The translations under genes and the position numbers were made by a program. Under the pieces are notes generated by a model. The model saw only the letters and a program-made list of their open reading frames with translations, was not told where the DNA came from and ran no database searches. A stretch of DNA of 64,000 nt from a phage, in sequence record PX393108.1; one strand, written 5' to 3'. This document shows, one piece after another, positions 8,560 to 19,656 of the stretch. Numbering within the stretch: position 1 is the stretch's first letter; each line of letters begins with the position of its first letter.

Positions 8560-11256
8560 TCAGCCAAACAGGAAGTCTAACGAAGCTTTTTCTTCATAGT
8601 CCATACCCGCCGATTCACACATACCCGCAAGCGGTTTAACAAACGATTTTTGGAACAAAGTTGAGTAGTCAATCCAAGATAGTACATCAGAACGAATTTC
8701 TTTTGGAAGTTCCGTACCCGATGGCCAAGCAATGCACTTGTCACCAAATGGATTTCCCTCACGTAACGGAAGAACCATTACCTTATTTCCATCCAAAATT
8801 GGAGCTACACCTAAACCGCTAACAGCTCGACGATAAGTTAGCACCCCACGAATATGGAACGGGCATTTAAACCCTGGCCAACCTTTATCGTCATATTTCG
8901 CTATATCGTTCGCGGTTTTTACTTCAGCAATAACTTTATAGTCAAGTTGACGGTATTCTTTCTCAAAGTTCTTATAGTATTCTTGGACAGACTCTTCGCC
9001 TTCCTGAAGAATACGACGAATACTTTCTTCGAGAGCTTCTTGTACTGCTTTTGGCGTTGAACTCTGCTGAGTTTCCATACCCATGATTTTTAGATGTGGT
9101 TCAGCAAATCGCTTATCTTCCATATCATAAACGTTCAGAGCATAACGTTTTTTCGCTTTCCAAAATCCACCAACACCCTTTGAACCAAGTGGAGGGCAAG
9201 AAATAGCTTCACGGTCCATATGCATCAGATGCTCGCGGTTATTCATATAATCACATAACTCACGATATGCAACATCAATCATAGGTTCCATCTTTTTCTT
9301 ACCAAACTGATTCATGAATTCAACTAAATCATTTTGTTCTTTAAAGCGGTCAAGACCTACTTTTTCAATTACTTTATCTACACAAACATATACCGAATCA
9401 GTATCACCCGCGGCGATGAAATCTTCACCATCAGTTCCACATACTTTATTCAGATATTCATTAATTTTACGAGCAATCCACTGAATACCAACTTGACCAA
9501 AAATTGTGATAGCAGTAGCATTTCGCAAATCATAGTAACGGAAATGAATATTACCAAGAGCACCATAAAGACTGTTAATAAGAATTTTACGGTTCAGCTG
9601 ATTTGTGTTAGCAAGTGTAGCTGCTTTTTCACATTCTTCGATCAGACTATTAAGAACAGATTCGGTGTAATTCGATAATTCGTTTAAGAAATCATCACTG
9701 AACTTAACATATCGTTCAACTTCTGGTTTAGTTGAACAAGACCCTGCACCTTTCATAATAATCTTTTTAATAGCTTCGGCATTCATTTCTTCAGCGAACA
9801 TTTTCTTTTTCCAATCTTTACGCTGGAAAAATACTTTAGCGATTTCCTTTGGAATGATACCTTCTTGGTGCTTATCATACATCCATCCATTCGGAGAGCA
9901 AGAATATTCATCACTTGGCTTAGGAGCTGTTCCTGCGATATATTCATGAATTGGATGAACTTTAAATTGTCCACGAATAGTCTCAGGACTAATGTTAACC
10001 TGACGAATAATGCTAGGATACAGAGACGTCAAGTCAAAACTCATAATGTATCGACGAGCAATCGGTTTAGGTTCAAATACAAATGCACCTGGAAAACTCT
10101 GTTTAACGTGCGAACCTTGTTGAGGAATAACCTTATGTTCACCTTTCAGTGAGTTAAAAATAATAGCGTCCCAAGTTTTAATAGGACTCATTACACCAGA
10201 AAAAGGCATTTTAGCGTAATAAGACATACTTAAAACTAGATCGATAAACCCACGAATTTTATCAATTGCTTGAACTGATTCTACGTCAATGATGTTATAA
10301 CTAATGTATCGTTGATGATTAGTCTCACGAAGTTTATTAATAGGACCATCGTACGGCAATTTACCTTTTTTGGTTTCGTGCTGAGCAACTGATTCCAAAG
10401 AGAATGATGGCAAATTAGTAAATGCGAATTTCTTGTATAAATCTAAATAATCAAGAATAGATACGCCATCAATAGAATAAATTTCTTTGCTACCGTACAT
10501 ATTTTGAATTAGTTTAGATTTTACTCGACCGATTGGGGAGAAGCGTTTCATACTGCGTTCACCGAGAACCATTTTAACGCGATTCATGATATACGGAACG
10601 TCAAATCCCTCAATATTCCAACCGGTAAAAATAGCAGGTCGTTTCTGTTCCCAGAGATTAATATATTCCATGAGCATATCACGCTCATTATCGAATGGCA
10701 TATAAATTACTCGGTCAAGAATTTCTTGAGGAACTTCATCACCACCTTCACAGTCAAGCTTAGCAGCTAACTTTGCATCCCATTTTGATACTGAACCGTA
10801 CATTGAATTCAACAAATCAAAGACGTAAAAACGGTCGTCAATTGAATCATAATGAGTGATAGCATCAATTTCATATTCTGCTTTCATTGGGTCAGGAAAT
10901 TTATCACCAGTAACCTCAATGTCACAGTTAGCTACACGAACAAATTTTCGGTCATAAACAATTTCTGAACCATATGTATCACTGATATAAGCGAGTTTAA
11001 AATCGTTCATACCGAGAGCTTCGAGACCGATGTCTTCCATTCGTTTCATCCAATCTCGTGCATCTTTCATTGATGGAAATTTTTGAGGAGCGCAATTTTT
11101 ACCGTAAATGTCTTTGTACTTTGACTCTTCCTTACAATGCCTAAACATAGTCGGAAGATATTCTACTTCACGAGTACGTTCCTTTCCGTTTTCATCAATA
11201 TAACGCTCAACAATATTATTTCCGACTGTTTCGATAGAGATATAAAATTCTTTCAT
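8560..11256 (-). CDS. 43: DNA polymerase gp43 (family B)
   Basis: 898 aa; exonuclease and polymerase motifs including YGDTDS; RBS AAGGAAT. Confidence 0.95.
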   Translation of the reverse strand: MKEFYISIETVGNNIVERYIDENGKERTREVEYLPTMFRHCKEESKYKDIYGKNCAPQKFPSMKDARDWMKRMEDIGLEALGMNDFKLAYISDTYGSEIVYDRKFVRVANCDIEVTGDKFPDPMKAEYEIDAITHYDSIDDRFYVFDLLNSMYGSVSKWDAKLAAKLDCEGGDEVPQEILDRVIYMPFDNERDMLMEYINLWEQKRPAIFTGWNIEGFDVPYIMNRVKMVLGERSMKRFSPIGRVKSKLIQNMYGSKEIYSIDGVSILDYLDLYKKFAFTNLPSFSLESVAQHETKKGKLPYDGPINKLRETNHQRYISYNIIDVESVQAIDKIRGFIDLVLSMSYYAKMPFSGVMSPIKTWDAIIFNSLKGEHKVIPQQGSHVKQSFPGAFVFEPKPIARRYIMSFDLTSLYPSIIRQVNISPETIRGQFKVHPIHEYIAGTAPKPSDEYSCSPNGWMYDKHQEGIIPKEIAKVFFQRKDWKKKMFAEEMNAEAIKKIIMKGAGSCSTKPEVERYVKFSDDFLNELSNYTESVLNSLIEECEKAATLANTNQLNRKILINSLYGALGNIHFRYYDLRNATAITIFGQVGIQWIARKINEYLNKVCGTDGEDFIAAGDTDSVYVCVDKVIEKVGLDRFKEQNDLVEFMNQFGKKKMEPMIDVAYRELCDYMNNREHLMHMDREAISCPPLGSKGVGGFWKAKKRYALNVYDMEDKRFAEPHLKIMGMETQQSSTPKAVQEALEESIRRILQEGEESVQEYYKNFEKEYRQLDYKVIAEVKTANDIAKYDDKGWPGFKCPFHIRGVLTYRRAVSGLGVAPILDGNKVMVLPLREGNPFGDKCIAWPSGTELPKEIRSDVLSWIDYSTLFQKSFVKPLAGMCESAGMDYEEKASLDFLFG

Positions 11257-11317
11257 AGATATTCCTTAGTTTATAGCCCGAGTTATTAGGCTCTTGATAT
11301 ATTATACTCCAAATAAG

Positions 11318-11338
11318 GGGCCGAAGCCCCTTGCTTAA
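11318..11338 (-). terminator. C(UUCG)G tetraloop hairpin
   Basis: AAGGGGC-UUCG-GCCCCUU on minus-strand transcript. Confidence 0.45.
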
Positions 11339-11556
11339 ATTAATACCATTTGTCGGTGAAAAATTGTCAATCCATCTGCATTAATTGACTTAACCACTGC
11401 GGTAAAGTGTTTTTGTTCTGGGTGAACTAATTTTTGAAATTCTACCTGAAATTTTAGTTGGAGATTTTCTGGTAAATCAAAAAGTGTTTCTGTTGCAGAA
11501 AGATTATATTTTTCTTTAAGAGACGCCATGTATTCTTGCGGGGTTATAGCAGTCAT
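11335..11556 (-). CDS. Hypothetical protein (about 73 aa) downstream of regA
   Basis: ATG overlaps regA stop (TAATATG); ORF 11335..11598 trimmed. Confidence 0.35.
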   Translation of the reverse strand: MTAITPQEYMASLKEKYNLSATETLFDLPENLQLKFQVEFQKLVHPEQKHFTAVVKSINADGLTIFHRQMVLI

Positions 11557-11557
11557 A

Positions 11558-11926
11558 TTAATTACCAATCGTATATTTAGGAACGAGTTTCCATTCATGT
11601 TTTTGTTTAAAAGAAATAACTCGGAAGTTATTGGTTAAATCTTTCATAAAAGTTCTTTGACCAGGAACGATTTCAATCAGTCCCCAATCTTCTAACAACC
11701 ATGCAATCGAATCACGACGAACTTCATCTTCTTCTGTCATTTCAACCTGACGGCCATCCATACGAAGCATTTCTTTAAAATGAACGATATAGTATAGTCC
11801 TTTTTTCTGAAGAATGTGGCAGGACTGATACAGAACTTTATCTTTATTATTAGCAATTCCCATGCGAGTCAAAGTTTCTTTTACTTTCAGAAAATCTTCA
11901 GGTTTTTTAAGAGTAATTTCAATCAT
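11558..11926 (-). CDS. regA: Translational repressor RegA
   Basis: 122 aa; MIEITLKKPEDFLKVKETLTRMGIANN matches recalled T4 RegA. Confidence 0.85.
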   Translation of the reverse strand: MIEITLKKPEDFLKVKETLTRMGIANNKDKVLYQSCHILQKKGLYYIVHFKEMLRMDGRQVEMTEEDEVRRDSIAWLLEDWGLIEIVPGQRTFMKDLTNNFRVISFKQKHEWKLVPKYTIGN

Positions 11927-11927
11927 T

Positions 11928-12491
11928 TTACCATTCCAATGCTAGTTTTTTGAGTTGTTTCTGTTCTTTTACGTTCTTAGTCACTTCTTTCAAAAAATCA
12001 TCCGTGACTAAACCTTTTAGTTCTTTTAATACTAAAGGAAGTTTTCCATTTTTAGTAAGAATTGATTTATAGTTAATTGCATCATTTGTATTAACTTGAT
12101 ACCGCTTAGCAAGTAACTTAATAATCAATACTTCGGTAGAATCTTCAACCAGTTTTGCCCATTTACCATATCTTTTACCCCGAGGAACAGCAGCCATCAG
12201 ATAATTAAAATGGGCTTCATCGCTTAAACCTGATCCAATTAAATTCATAGCATATACAGCTGGCATGCACTCAGGAAATTGTGATAATGCATTCTCAACC
12301 ATGTATTTTGAATAATCTTTTTGAGCAATAGAGCATTTAGTTTTATTATTAATAGCTCCAATTATTTCAAAAAATTCATTTTCAGCTTTTTCCTTAAAAG
12401 AATCAGCAGCAGATTGGACAGCTGTCCAATCTTTTGAATACCAAGCAACTTGATGCTCGTTTAATTGAATATCATCTTCAAATAAGCTCAT
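11928..12491 (-). CDS. 62: Clamp loader small subunit gp62
   Basis: 187 aa, immediately downstream of gp44 as in T4. Confidence 0.8.
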   Translation of the reverse strand: MSLFEDDIQLNEHQVAWYSKDWTAVQSAADSFKEKAENEFFEIIGAINNKTKCSIAQKDYSKYMVENALSQFPECMPAVYAMNLIGSGLSDEAHFNYLMAAVPRGKRYGKWAKLVEDSTEVLIIKLLAKRYQVNTNDAINYKSILTKNGKLPLVLKELKGLVTDDFLKEVTKNVKEQKQLKKLALEW

Positions 12492-12492
12492 A

Positions 12493-13467
12493 TCACTTCC
12501 ACTGCATTTCGCATGCCAATTGAATGAAAAGATATGCTAAATGTAATTCCGTATTAGCCGCAATTCCATGATACTGGTTATTTTCACCAACAATTTCATA
12601 CATACGAATAATACTTTGCGGAGTTACGCGTGTATAAATTTCTTCGGCAAGTTTACCAACGAACCACGAATAATCAGCTGCATATTTTGGTGCTAAAGCT
12701 CTGAGCTGTTTAACATCTTTATTTTTGAGAGACTCAAGAACATCATCAATAGCACCACGATCGTTAGTAACCAGTGATAAAATACCAGCATCCAAAACAC
12801 CTTTAGACGAATAACTATCGAGCTCGCCAATAGTTTTACGAAAATCAGGAAAATTCTTTTTAACCAAAGCTGCTACAACTTTCATATCAGCTATAGCAAT
12901 TCCTTCATGCTTACAGATTTCAGTCAATCGACGAATCATCTGCTTCATCATTTCAATTTTATCTTCATCGGTTGGTTGACCGAACGTAATAACTCGGCAG
13001 CGTGACTGAAGCGGTTTAATAATACCATCAATATTGTTAGCAGTAATAATAATACTACAGTTTGAACTATAAGCTTCCATAAAGGAACGAAGATGTCGCT
13101 GAGACTCTGCTAGCCCTGAGCGGTCAAATTCATCAATAACAATTACTTTTTGACGACCATCAAATGAAGCTGCACTAGCAAAATTAGTCAAAGGACCACG
13201 AACGAAATCAATTTTACAATCTGACCCATTCACAAACATCATATCAGCATTTACATCATGACACAATGCTTTCGCTACGGTTGTTTTACCTGTTCCTGGA
13301 GAAGGAGAATGAAGAATAATATGTGGAATTTTACCTTTACTTGTAATAGATTTAAAGGTTTCTTTATCAAAGGCGGGAAGAATACATTCATCGATAGTAG
13401 ATGGACGATATTTCTGTTCAAGAATGTGTTCTTTTTCATTTACAGTAATCATAATTTCCTCATTCAA
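12493..13467 (-). CDS. 44: Clamp loader ATPase gp44 (AAA+)
   Basis: 324 aa; Walker A GTGKTT; RFC-like motifs. Confidence 0.9.
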   Translation of the reverse strand: MNEEIMITVNEKEHILEQKYRPSTIDECILPAFDKETFKSITSKGKIPHIILHSPSPGTGKTTVAKALCHDVNADMMFVNGSDCKIDFVRGPLTNFASAASFDGRQKVIVIDEFDRSGLAESQRHLRSFMEAYSSNCSIIITANNIDGIIKPLQSRCRVITFGQPTDEDKIEMMKQMIRRLTEICKHEGIAIADMKVVAALVKKNFPDFRKTIGELDSYSSKGVLDAGILSLVTNDRGAIDDVLESLKNKDVKQLRALAPKYAADYSWFVGKLAEEIYTRVTPQSIIRMYEIVGENNQYHGIAANTELHLAYLFIQLACEMQWK

Positions 13468-13481
13468 GTTTTAGTGTAAAT

Positions 13482-13500
13482 TATAAAGGGCCGAAGCCCT
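13482..13500 (-). terminator. C(UUCG)G tetraloop hairpin between 45 and 44
   Basis: AGGGC-UUCG-GCCCU on minus-strand transcript. Confidence 0.4.
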
Positions 13501-13503
13501 CTA

Positions 13504-14190
13504 TTAAAAATCGTGGGTAGAATCAGCTTCAAGAGCTACTACATAATTCGCGTGTTCACCTTCAAATTTAGCAGCGCCTTGTTTACCTTTTGCCCAGAGC
13601 AGAAGTTTATAATTTCCTGGTTGCATTTTCATATTTGCCATATTGATAATGAAATTAAATGTATTTTCACCATCATAATCACCAAGAGTCAAAGAATATT
13701 TAACACGGGTCAAAGCAGAATCTTCTACTTTATTAAAACCGTTAATTACGATTTTACCTTCTTTTACTGTGATAGCAATTGTATCAATTTGCAGACCACG
13801 AGATACACGCAACAACTGTTGAAGGTCTTCAGCTTTAATTTCAGTAACAACAGATGCTACCGGGAATGGAATTGGTTTATTAGGAGCAACTACTGTACTC
13901 GGATCGGCTGCTGGCCAAAAAATTGTTGAACGGGCATCAGCAATTTTAATATTACCATCTTCTGACTGGGAAATTTCTGCATCATCATTAACGAGAGACA
14001 GAATACCAAGAAAACCGTTCAAATCGTAAATCGCTACATCAAAATCAATAGTGTCAGAAATATTTGCTTCTGCATAAGTTGTACCATTAACCGCGCGAGT
14101 CATAATAAATTGACCAGATTTAAGCATAATACCAGAGTTAATAGTAGCGAAATTTTTGAGCAGAGCAGTAGTATCTTTAGACAGTTTCAT
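13504..14190 (-). CDS. 45: Sliding clamp gp45
   Basis: 228 aa; T4 gene order 45-44-62. Confidence 0.9.
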   Translation of the reverse strand: MKLSKDTTALLKNFATINSGIMLKSGQFIMTRAVNGTTYAEANISDTIDFDVAIYDLNGFLGILSLVNDDAEISQSEDGNIKIADARSTIFWPAADPSTVVAPNKPIPFPVASVVTEIKAEDLQQLLRVSRGLQIDTIAITVKEGKIVINGFNKVEDSALTRVKYSLTLGDYDGENTFNFIINMANMKMQPGNYKLLLWAKGKQGAAKFEGEHANYVVALEADSTHDF

Positions 14191-14245
14191 GTAATTTCCT
14201 TCAATTCAAATGAGATTTAATTTTATAACTAATTTAATAAAGCAA

Positions 14246-14635
14246 TTAACGATTAAAATCAGCAGCAATTGTTTCCGCAACAATTTGAGCAGCAACAATT
14301 AGACGTTCATCTGCATTACCACAATAACCATCTTCAAGGCGTTCACCACATGAAGTCATAATAAATTTAGCACCAGCATTTAGAGATTCTGCCGTATGTT
14401 TGCGCATCAGTTCAATCCATTTATCACTCACTTCACGATCGATAGCTTCATAATACGCATGACGAGCAGGTGCAGATTTAATTTTGCTCTGAATAACTTC
14501 CATTGCGTTATCAGAAAGAGACAAAACCCATGCTCGACGAATTTTATTTTGGTTTTGTGGATTTGAATCAGAACGCACGTGTTTTGGCTGAATATCTTTT
14601 ACATCAACAGTATAATTCACAGTAATTTTAGTCAT
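14246..14635 (-). CDS. rpbA: RNA polymerase binding protein RpbA-like
   Basis: 129 aa ORF between 45 and 46 as in T4. Confidence 0.55.
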   Translation of the reverse strand: MTKITVNYTVDVKDIQPKHVRSDSNPQNQNKIRRAWVLSLSDNAMEVIQSKIKSAPARHAYYEAIDREVSDKWIELMRKHTAESLNAGAKFIMTSCGERLEDGYCGNADERLIVAAQIVAETIAADFNR

Positions 14636-14644
14636 AATACACCT

Positions 14645-14833
14645 TTAGTCATAATAATCAGTAACAGTCCAAGCTTCATTTCTGTTGGACATTATTTTCG
14701 TATATTCTGATTTAAATGCATTCTTAAGCATAGATTCAGTAACTATATGCTCTTCATTAGAAAAATTATTTCTCAGAATATATCGTTTTATTTCAGGAAT
14801 AGTTAATAGATGCTGTCCAGTTGAATATTCCAT
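14645..14833 (-). CDS. Hypothetical protein (45.2-like)
   Basis: 62-aa ORF between rpbA and 46. Confidence 0.4.
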   Translation of the reverse strand: MEYSTGQHLLTIPEIKRYILRNNFSNEEHIVTESMLKNAFKSEYTKIMSNRNEAWTVTDYYD

Positions 14834-14888
14834 GTTTTTCCTCCATAGAGATTATACTCTAATAAATTAAAGCATAATCTCTTATAAA

Positions 14889-16571
14889 TTAAACCATTAC
14901 AGTAAATCGACCAACTTTCTTCATTTGAAGATGCTGACCATATGCTTGTGGGTCATGGTCTCTATGCGAAATAACAAAAACATTAGTATTTTTTAAACTA
15001 TCTAAAATAGTTGAAATAGCTTTTACGCCTTCAACATCAGTTGCTGAATCAAAAACTTCATCAAGAATTAGTGTGTTTATTTTAACACCTGAAACTTTTT
15101 CAGCAATATCACGCCAAGTAAATAAAAGAGCAATATCAATTCGTGCTTTTTCGCCTTGACTAAATGAAGCATAACTAAAATCTTCACGACCACGGGATTT
15201 AATTGTCTCATTAAATTCTTCATCTAATGTAAACACATAATCCGCTTCCATTATTTTAAGATAATGGTTAATCTGCTTATTAAATAATGGAATGTACTTT
15301 TTAATAATAGCACCTTTAATACCAGAATCTTTGAGCATATCAGTCAAAATTCCTCTGTGGTATTTTTCCATTACTAAATTAGTTTTTGTCTTAACAATTT
15401 TATCAAGTTCTTCTTGAAGCAGTGCTATTTCATCAGCATGGTCAATAAACTCAGATGATGCTTTTTCTATAGCTGCTTTAACTTTTTTAGCTTTATCTAC
15501 AGTCGTGATTAGAGATTGCTTTTTATTGCGAATATCATTTGCCAACGTCTGCTGGGTTTTAATATTATCTCGGTATTCATCAACAAGAACTTTTAAATTA
15601 TCACGATGTGTTGAAAGCTGTTCAAATGAATGCGTGCATTCAGAAACTTTATCTTTAATTTTAGAAACAACTTTATCACCGGAACTTAATTGTGACAAAC
15701 AGGTTGGACATAATCCACCTTCGTGATACATATTAATAACTTTATTATACGAGTCAATTTTTGATTTAATTAAAAATGCTTCTTGACCGATTTTATTAAA
15801 TGCATCAGTCGGGTCTTCATCCAAAACAATATTAACTAATCTTTCATTAGCTTCTTCTATTTCCGATTTTAGCGTTCTAGCTTCTTTTGCTAAATCATCA
15901 TACATATTCTGCAGACGAGTAAGATTATCACCAGTTAATTTTTTCTGGCGTTCAACGTTATCATTATATATTTTAATTTGCTGGATAATACTATCTTTTT
16001 TAACATCAAGCACTTGGTTTTGTGAATTTAATTCACGTATTAGTGCTTTATTAAGCTTATCCATTTCAGCTAATGTTCCTACCTCGAGCAGGTCTTCCAC
16101 AAGCTTTCTTCGCGCAGGGGTCGACAAACCCATGAAAGGGGTATACCCTGCTGTACCAAGGACAACAATCTGCTTGAAACTGGCATATGACATTCCGATA
16201 AGCTGTTCAAATTCTGCTTGGAAATCTTTACTGCTGGCAGATTCATTAAGACGTGTACCGTTAACGGTGATTTCGAAAACGTTTGGTTTTTGTCCTCTTT
16301 TGATATAGTACTTTTTCTCATCATATTCCATCCACAATTCAACTAAAAGTTCTTTCTTATTTGTGCTGTTTATTAATTGACCTTTCTTTACATCACGAAA
16401 TGGCTTGCCAAAAAGCCCAAATGTGATGGCTTCTAACATAGTAGACTTACCACCGCCATTTCGTCCAGTAATAAGAGTTTTTTGAACCTTATCTAGTTGA
16501 ATGTCAATAGGATTTCCACCTACTGACATTATATTTTGATACCTAACTCGGTTTAGTTTAAAATTCTTCAC
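14889..16571 (-). CDS. 46: Recombination endonuclease subunit gp46 (Rad50/SbcC-like ATPase)
   Basis: 560 aa; Walker A GRNGGGKST; coiled-coil middle with CPTC zinc hook. Confidence 0.9.
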   Translation of the reverse strand: MKNFKLNRVRYQNIMSVGGNPIDIQLDKVQKTLITGRNGGGKSTMLEAITFGLFGKPFRDVKKGQLINSTNKKELLVELWMEYDEKKYYIKRGQKPNVFEITVNGTRLNESASSKDFQAEFEQLIGMSYASFKQIVVLGTAGYTPFMGLSTPARRKLVEDLLEVGTLAEMDKLNKALIRELNSQNQVLDVKKDSIIQQIKIYNDNVERQKKLTGDNLTRLQNMYDDLAKEARTLKSEIEEANERLVNIVLDEDPTDAFNKIGQEAFLIKSKIDSYNKVINMYHEGGLCPTCLSQLSSGDKVVSKIKDKVSECTHSFEQLSTHRDNLKVLVDEYRDNIKTQQTLANDIRNKKQSLITTVDKAKKVKAAIEKASSEFIDHADEIALLQEELDKIVKTKTNLVMEKYHRGILTDMLKDSGIKGAIIKKYIPLFNKQINHYLKIMEADYVFTLDEEFNETIKSRGREDFSYASFSQGEKARIDIALLFTWRDIAEKVSGVKINTLILDEVFDSATDVEGVKAISTILDSLKNTNVFVISHRDHDPQAYGQHLQMKKVGRFTVMV

Positions 16572-16831
16572 AAAAGATTCCTTTTAATGTATCTTTTAGA
16601 CCATTCTATCATATCATCATAATCTAAAAAGTATTCATCAAATTCAGCCATGCAAACAACACCTTGTGCTGCTTTTGATGTGATATAAATTATTCCAACA
16701 TATCTAGAATCTTCTTCGGTGTAATCAATATTTGCTATGAATTCATCGTTAATGTCAAATGTCGAAAACTTCACAGTATGCATCCTTAATACAAGATACA
16801 GCCATATCTTGTAATGATTTAGGTGTGTCAT
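16568..16831 (-). CDS. Hypothetical protein (46.1-like; real start may be internal)
   Basis: ORF track; overlaps next ORF in alternate frame. Confidence 0.35.
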   Translation of the reverse strand: MTHLNHYKIWLYLVLRMHTVKFSTFDINDEFIANIDYTEEDSRYVGIIYITSKAAQGVVCMAEFDEYFLDYDDMIEWSKRYIKRNLL

Positions 16832-17018
16832 TATCTAAAATGTTGAAGTTAAAAGATACAGCCCAGTCAGTGCAGACCGTGACCTTTTTAATACAATTAT
16901 CTTCAACCTCTAGCGGTTCAAACCAATATTCAATAATTTCTTTATGCCCAATATCATCTTTTACTTCGCATTCAAAATGCTGACTCATCATAGCATTTTT
17001 AAATTCATCAAAAGTCAT
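16755..17018 (-). CDS. Hypothetical protein (46.2-like)
   Basis: 87-aa ORF between 47 and 46. Confidence 0.4.
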   Translation of the reverse strand: MTFDEFKNAMMSQHFECEVKDDIGHKEIIEYWFEPLEVEDNCIKKVTVCTDWAVSFNFNILDNDTPKSLQDMAVSCIKDAYCEVFDI

Positions 17019-18034
17019 TGTGTTGCCTCTACATATAACTGATTTGCATATTGAATAAGTGCTTCGCGGTCAGAATCAGTGATGTCTGGAATTGCATTAA
17101 TGTATTCTTCCATCAGCGTCTGAAGAGATTGAACTTCAACTTCTTCACTATCATCTGACTCAACAGAGTTATCAATCTTTGACACAACTCGTAATGAATG
17201 CACAACTTTTTCTAGTTCAGATTCGAACTTCGTCAGATTTTTGTCTACCTCAGTTACTATAACACGTACTGATAGATTTGTAAAATCTTTATAGTCAATT
17301 TTTCCCTTAAATGGATATTGAATTCGACGATGCCAGGTAGTGTTGTTTGGAATAAATTCCATTCGTTCTGTTTCTGTATCAAACATCCAGAACCCGCGAG
17401 GGTCATTCTCGTCACCTGCAGTTAGTGTCCATGGTGTCCCAATATATCTGACGTTAGCAGCCTCAGAGATAGTATGGAAGTGACCAGACCACACTTCTTT
17501 ATAAGTCTTAAGGAAATCAGGTTCAAGACCGTGAGATTTCATTCCTTTATAAAAATAAAATCCATTCAGCTCCCAGTGACCGACACAAAAAGAAGCAGAT
17601 GAAGTTTTGATGTGTTCAAGAATTTCACCAGTATTTTCTTCACACATCCAAGGAATTAAATCAATCAAACATCCGTCAAAATCTACAGTAGTAGGCTTAT
17701 CATATACTTTAACATTAGGATATTTAGCCAAAAGCTCAGTAGAAGCATTTGGAGTTAAAGTATTTTTAAAGTGCATATCATGGTTTCCTACAACAGTATG
17801 CAGGGTAATACCAGCATCATCAAGCATTTGAACTATTTCACGGGCGAACTCCATAGTTTTATGCGTGATTGCTTTTCGCACATCAAAAATATCACCGTAT
17901 TGAATCCATGTAGTAATTCCATTTTTCTTAGAATATTCTATTGCTTGTTTAATTCCATCCAACTGAATAGATTGAACCCACTCATCATCGGCTTTAACAC
18001 CTAAATGCCAATCACCTAAATTTAAAATTTTCAT
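17015..18034 (-). CDS. 47: Recombination endonuclease subunit gp47 (Mre11/SbcD-like phosphoesterase)
   Basis: 339 aa; calcineurin-like phosphoesterase motifs LGDWHLG and GNHD. Confidence 0.9.
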   Translation of the reverse strand: MKILNLGDWHLGVKADDEWVQSIQLDGIKQAIEYSKKNGITTWIQYGDIFDVRKAITHKTMEFAREIVQMLDDAGITLHTVVGNHDMHFKNTLTPNASTELLAKYPNVKVYDKPTTVDFDGCLIDLIPWMCEENTGEILEHIKTSSASFCVGHWELNGFYFYKGMKSHGLEPDFLKTYKEVWSGHFHTISEAANVRYIGTPWTLTAGDENDPRGFWMFDTETERMEFIPNNTTWHRRIQYPFKGKIDYKDFTNLSVRVIVTEVDKNLTKFESELEKVVHSLRVVSKIDNSVESDDSEEVEVQSLQTLMEEYINAIPDITDSDREALIQYANQLYVEATQ

Positions 18035-18191
18035 ATATCAAGAACCGTCATTGAAATGCAAAATAAAATTATTGAAATAAATCCATCTGGAGTGCTAAAG
18101 AACCCAATCCAGCATGCTCTAGTGAATAGATAAAATGCGAGAAAAAGTATCACATATCCAAGAAATATCATTATATCAAACTCCGTATAAA

Positions 18192-18215
18192 GCTAAAGGG
18201 CCGAAGCCCTTTATT
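18192..18215 (-). terminator. C(UUCG)G tetraloop hairpin downstream of a-gt
   Basis: AAAGGGC-UUCG-GCCCUUU on minus-strand transcript. Confidence 0.45.
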
Positions 18216-19413
18216 TTGTAATAATGTCAAACTGCTCTTTAAAGCAGAAGCTTGAATCTTGATGCTGATACAAAAATTCATAAGCTTTTTCACGTTCACG
18301 GTCATAAAGAGCTCGGTCAGATGACAGTTCTTTAATACGTTCAAATGTTGATTCCATGTCATTTTCATCAAACCAAACGATACCGCTATCATGAGAAATT
18401 AACGGAGTATTATCAACACGGAATTTTAAATTTTCGCCAGTAGATTTCCAAAATACTGGAATTGTTCCACATGCACCAAGCTCGAGATGAGTATATTCTA
18501 AAGAACGTTGTAGATATTTTTTATCTAATTTACTCAGCTGATAACCAAATCCGGATTTACTCATGCGTTCAAGCATTTCGCTATTTACATAACGGTCGAG
18601 AATTTGCGTTGGCAAATTAGGAGCAATTTTAATTTGGTCTACTTGATGAAGACGATAATACTCGTATGGAATTCCTTTTTCTTTAATAGGAATGAACGCT
18701 GGAGAACGTTCCAGACCTTCCATAATAGTACTTAGTCCTGCAGGTTTAAGATGTTTTTCGTGAAAATCAAACATCTGATAAAAACCTTTCCATGTAGTCG
18801 TACGACCAATCCAACGGTTGATATTCATGTTAATTTCAGAAACATCTTTCCAGTAGGTTGATCGAACCTTCGCAATATCCATAGGAGGCTGAAAGTTATA
18901 TACGGTCGGTGCTTCTTCAATATCATCAAACAAAGAAACTGTTTCTGGATACCATTCTTTCATCAAAACTTTATTAAAGTCACCATTGTCAGAATGACTA
19001 AAAATAACATCAGCTCGACGAACAGTTTCTTCTAATCCCAAATTTCGGCGCAAAGAAAGAGAAGAATGGTCATGTTGATAAACTACAACACGAACCGAAG
19101 GTTTAATGTTATCAATAATTTTTTTATAGTTATTAATTGTGTCTTCTTCAACTGAAGTAGCAGGAACTGAATTGATAATTAGAATATCACAATCATTTAC
19201 CAGCTTAAGTGTTTTATCGTATTCTTTTGCCAATAAAACCGGAATTGAAAATGACTTATAATCATGTGCGCAATTACGAGTAAATGATTTATCTTTAGCA
19301 TAAACCAAAGTTACTTCATGACCATTTTTAATAAACCAATCACGTTGCTCAAGAGAAAATTTAGTTACACCACAACCTTCAAGACCTCGAGCCATAAAAA
19401 TACATACTTTCAT
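18211..19413 (-). CDS. a-gt: DNA alpha-glucosyltransferase
   Basis: 400 aa; MKVCIFMARGLEGCGVTKFSLEQRDWF very close to recalled T4 AGT. Confidence 0.9.
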   Translation of the reverse strand: MKVCIFMARGLEGCGVTKFSLEQRDWFIKNGHEVTLVYAKDKSFTRNCAHDYKSFSIPVLLAKEYDKTLKLVNDCDILIINSVPATSVEEDTINNYKKIIDNIKPSVRVVVYQHDHSSLSLRRNLGLEETVRRADVIFSHSDNGDFNKVLMKEWYPETVSLFDDIEEAPTVYNFQPPMDIAKVRSTYWKDVSEINMNINRWIGRTTTWKGFYQMFDFHEKHLKPAGLSTIMEGLERSPAFIPIKEKGIPYEYYRLHQVDQIKIAPNLPTQILDRYVNSEMLERMSKSGFGYQLSKLDKKYLQRSLEYTHLELGACGTIPVFWKSTGENLKFRVDNTPLISHDSGIVWFDENDMESTFERIKELSSDRALYDREREKAYEFLYQHQDSSFCFKEQFDIITK

Positions 19414-19656
19414 TTAATATCCTCATTGTTTTGGTTTATTTTACCAAAAATTTATAAAGCAATATAGGAGCCGAAGCTCCTATCCGCATAATACACCGTA
19501 CAGAGGCTCATTAGAGCTTCTAAATTTTATACGCTTATATGTTATAGTTCCTTCTGCTTTAGCTTTATCATGAGACTCTTTAAAGCGCCTCATCATTTCT
19601 ACTTTAGAGGAACGAATTTTATTATAATCTATTTCAGAAGTCTGGGTGTTCATCTT

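Noticed and set aside
8142-8567. Listed ORFs 8142..8567, 33953..35089, 50062..50388 and 29504..30556 with long N-terminal extensions
   Set aside because: The extensions translate through the early promoter and leader; an ATG with a proper RBS lies just downstream of each promoter, so the genes were trimmed.
11280-11340. TTGCTTAAA (MotA-box-like) near the hairpin downstream of the regA-adjacent ORF as a middle promoter
   Set aside because: The motif is on the plus strand while all neighbouring genes are on the minus strand, and spacing to a -10 element does not fit.
18171-18392. ORF 18171..18392 overlapping the 3' end of a-gt and the terminator hairpin
   Set aside because: It is in an alternate frame of a-gt and runs through the hairpin; a shorter 46-aa ORF (18031..18171) is more plausible here.
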